DNA from: Camelus ferus
Taxonomy: Eukaryota
Length of the DNA stretch: 64,000 nt
NCBI RefSeq assembly: GCF_009834535.1
Contig: NC_045705.1
Span: 28,026,001 to 28,090,000, forward strand
Direction: 5' to 3'
How positions within the stretch are numbered: position 1 is the first letter of the stretch; each line of letters begins with the position of its first letter. Below are positions 61,291-64,000 of this stretch, in pieces. Below the pieces are notes generated by a model that saw nothing but the letters and a program-made list of their open reading frames with translations, made no database searches and was not told the DNA's origin. The position numbers and the translations under genes are program-made.

Positions 61291-63766
61291 AGAAATGGGT
61301 ATTGAGCCGAGCTAGGGCTAGGCTGCCACTTTAATTAAATTCAGTTTCCCTGCAGTTTCAGAAGTCAGCATAATGAAACCTGTCATTTGTTTCTTGGGGG
61401 CTCTTCTTTCTCAGAACTTTGCTTTTAAGCACAGTGAGACGCTGAGAGGTTCCACCTTGTTTTTCCAGCCCAGCCATGTATCCTCCCTTTGCTGCTCTAG
61501 TACTTGGCACATGCCTAGCAGGGCAAACTGGTCGTGCATTTGGGGACTCTTCTAGGTTCCAATACATCATGCCACCCCAATGACTGTCAAAAGATCTGTT
61601 GGAATATCTTTCTCCTAGTAGAGATGCCACTGTCTTTTGCAAGCCCAATCCTCAGTTGTCATGCTTGTAAAATGTCCTCAGGGAAGAACATAGCCAGCTT
61701 ACCTAGCAAGGGTTCTTTAGAATTTTAGTTAAGCTAGTCCTTGCATCCACAAATCTCCAGTGTCTTCAAAGAAAAAGAAATTATAATTAACTTTTTTTTT
61801 ATGTTATAATGGAATGACGGCTTGCTACTACCATGTCCCATGTAGTAGAGGCTTCATTGAGTTTTTAATTTTGTTACATTTGATCACTTTTTAAAAAGTA
61901 ATAGCTTTGGATGTTTTGTGGTTTTAAACTATACTTATGTTTTTAATTCTTTTATTTAAACATATTAAATATCATTGTCATGTATCTAATAGTTTAAGTA
62001 ATTTTTGTAGCTATTTCTATTGTTTCTGCTGACTTTTACTAATATGCTTAATTTCCCTGTATTTTTCAGGACTTCTGTGTTTGTGTTTATGTTAATGATA
62101 ATTATACGGGGATTATTCAGAGCCTTACTGAGTGTAAATTTTCCTGGCAGGATTTATGTGTGTTTGCATCAGATTTGGGGCACTACCAATTTTCATCTGC
62201 CTTAAATTAAATTTCTCAGCTTGTGCAGTTGTTAGGTTTTTGTTGTTTTGGGGTTTGGGGGAAGGGACAGGGGAATTGTATAAATGGTGTTAATTCAGCC
62301 TTTAATCTTATGTAATGTTAGGCTAGTGGCCATGAATTCTCAGGAGGTTTTTCCCACCTTGAATTAACACCAAGACAAAAAAAGTTTTCTTGCTGTTTGC
62401 CTCTGTGAGTTTTCTTTTCTGCACTGCACCCCCACCCTCCTAGTTCATCCTTCCTTGGAGTATGAAGTCCTTCCTGGGTCCCAGCTTTATGCAGAAGGCC
62501 TCTGCTATAACTCTCCTTCATGAGCTTTGTCTCCATCCTGTCTCAAGCCATCTACCCCGCACCCCCAAGGAACAGCTAAGCAGCTGGCCACCCAGAAGTA
62601 TACATCCGAGCTTACTCATCTCTCTGGACTCATGTTCCAACACTATTCCTGGTCTCAGAGCAAATCTCTTTTTTCACATTTATTTTCTTTATTGAAAGAG
62701 GAAATCTCTTTTGCACAGGCTAATTCATTTATTGAAAAGCATTTTATCTTTTATTTGTGGATGTTTTATAGCAGGCACCCCTCAGGATCTCCAACCTAAT
62801 TTCTAAAAATGAAAGCTTTATATGCTTTCACTGCATGGAGTCAGATTCTCCTACATAATGCACTGCTGACTAGTTCGTTTCTGCAAAGTCACTGTTCCGC
62901 CCCTGCAAGGACAATGGTGCAAGACTTGGAAGAATACTTTCAGACTCATACTTTATAAATGTGGTTTCTGCCCAGCAGGTCATACCAGAAAGATGAAAGA
63001 TATAAGGTCACTTTTTAATAGGCCCAGTTTATCCAGAGTGTTATTCCATAGGAATAATCTGGGCTCACTATGTTTTTTATTCACGCACCTACCCTGGGAA
63101 AGCTGTTGGCTGTATTTGATAACTAGACAAACCAATTGTGACTGCCAAGCACTACACAACCTATGGAAAGTGTGAGTGAAACCTCAGATGAACACTCTGT
63201 TTAACAGCTATGTTGTCTTTGGTTCTTCCAGGGCAGAGACAACCTAAGCACATCAGTGTAGTTTCTGTGCTTCTCTACATAATGAATTTGCTTCTAGAAA
63301 GTGGATAACTTGTTCCTAAGGCATTAGGGGAATTAGCCCACTAATCGTTAACTTAATACTTTTAGGTACTTTTTATTTATTCAGTTATATGCTTTTACTG
63401 AATATTTTCTGACCAACATTCTAATCATTTGAAAGAAAACAATTCCTGCCTTAGGCACACACCTAAAAACAAATGGACCAACACTCTGGTTTCTCTCTGG
63501 ATCACATTAAGTCTTTCACCTTCTTAAAACAAATGGACTTGACAACAGTTTCAAAGTCTTCTATGACATGGAAAGTAAGGGAGGAAAGGAGAGTGTTAAA
63601 TGTTAATCATATATTTCATGCTATATATAAATTAACATTTAATGTTTATTGTGCTTCTCAAGGCTGCATGATCTGATTCCTTTCTACCTCATCTCAAAAA
63701 AAATTCTTTCCCTCATTATCTATTCCTACAGGAAATTTCGTTTCTCCAGTACTCCCCATCACTTAG

Positions 63767-63868
63767 TGTGGTAGAATGATTGCAAAAATGGCTCCAATAC
63801 TCCACTCCTCCCACTATCCATACCCTTTGCAGTGTGACTGCGACAACTCCAATCAAGAGGTGAAGTCT
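63767..63868 (+). mobile_element. MLT1-type LTR 5' part
   Basis: tgtggtagaatgattgcaaaaatggctcc...ccctttgcagtgtgact...catcaagagg-like start. Confidence 0.6.
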
Positions 63869-63992
63869 AAGAATGTGACAATGAATATATGTATGTTCAT
63901 GTATGACTGAAAAATTGTGCTCTACACTGGAAATTGACACAACATTGTAAACTGACTATAATGCAATAAAATAAAAATTAAAAAAAAAAAAA
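63869..63992 (+). mobile_element. Short young L1 3' end inserted in the LTR
   Basis: Close match to 55365-55450; poly(A) followed by aagaggtg repeating 63855-63862 (TSD cut by the window end). Confidence 0.85.
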
Positions 63993-64000
63993 AAGAGGTG

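Overview
Mammalian genomic DNA, most likely a camelid (camel/alpaca/llama), inferred from five copies of a tRNA-Ala(AGC)-derived Vic-1-type SINE. The window holds the 3' part of HSD17B12 (17-beta-hydroxysteroid dehydrogenase 12 / very-long-chain 3-oxoacyl-CoA reductase) on the + strand. Seven coding exons of 65, 45, 35, 82, 66, 150 and 105 nt match human exons 5-11 by recalled sizes and peptide. All have GT-AG boundaries and splice into one open frame with the NNVG and YxxxK motifs and a C-terminal KxKxx. A ~1.4 kb 3'UTR and ~13 kb of repeat-dense downstream DNA follow. The rest is intron with ordinary mammalian repeats. I see no prokaryotic-type system and nothing I can call a proven new biological system. 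The most interesting observations are: a 3.07 kb L1 with both ends and TSDs but lacking most of ORF2; a candidate in-frame 63-nt cassette exon in intron 9 that faintly echoes exon 9; RFX X-box motifs bracketing exon 9, plus an RFX+CRE module; an L1 3' transduction; a U6-L1 chimera; and a 51-nt direct repeat bracketing exon 6. Repeat family names come from recalled consensus sequences and repeat boundaries are approximate unless a TSD is given.
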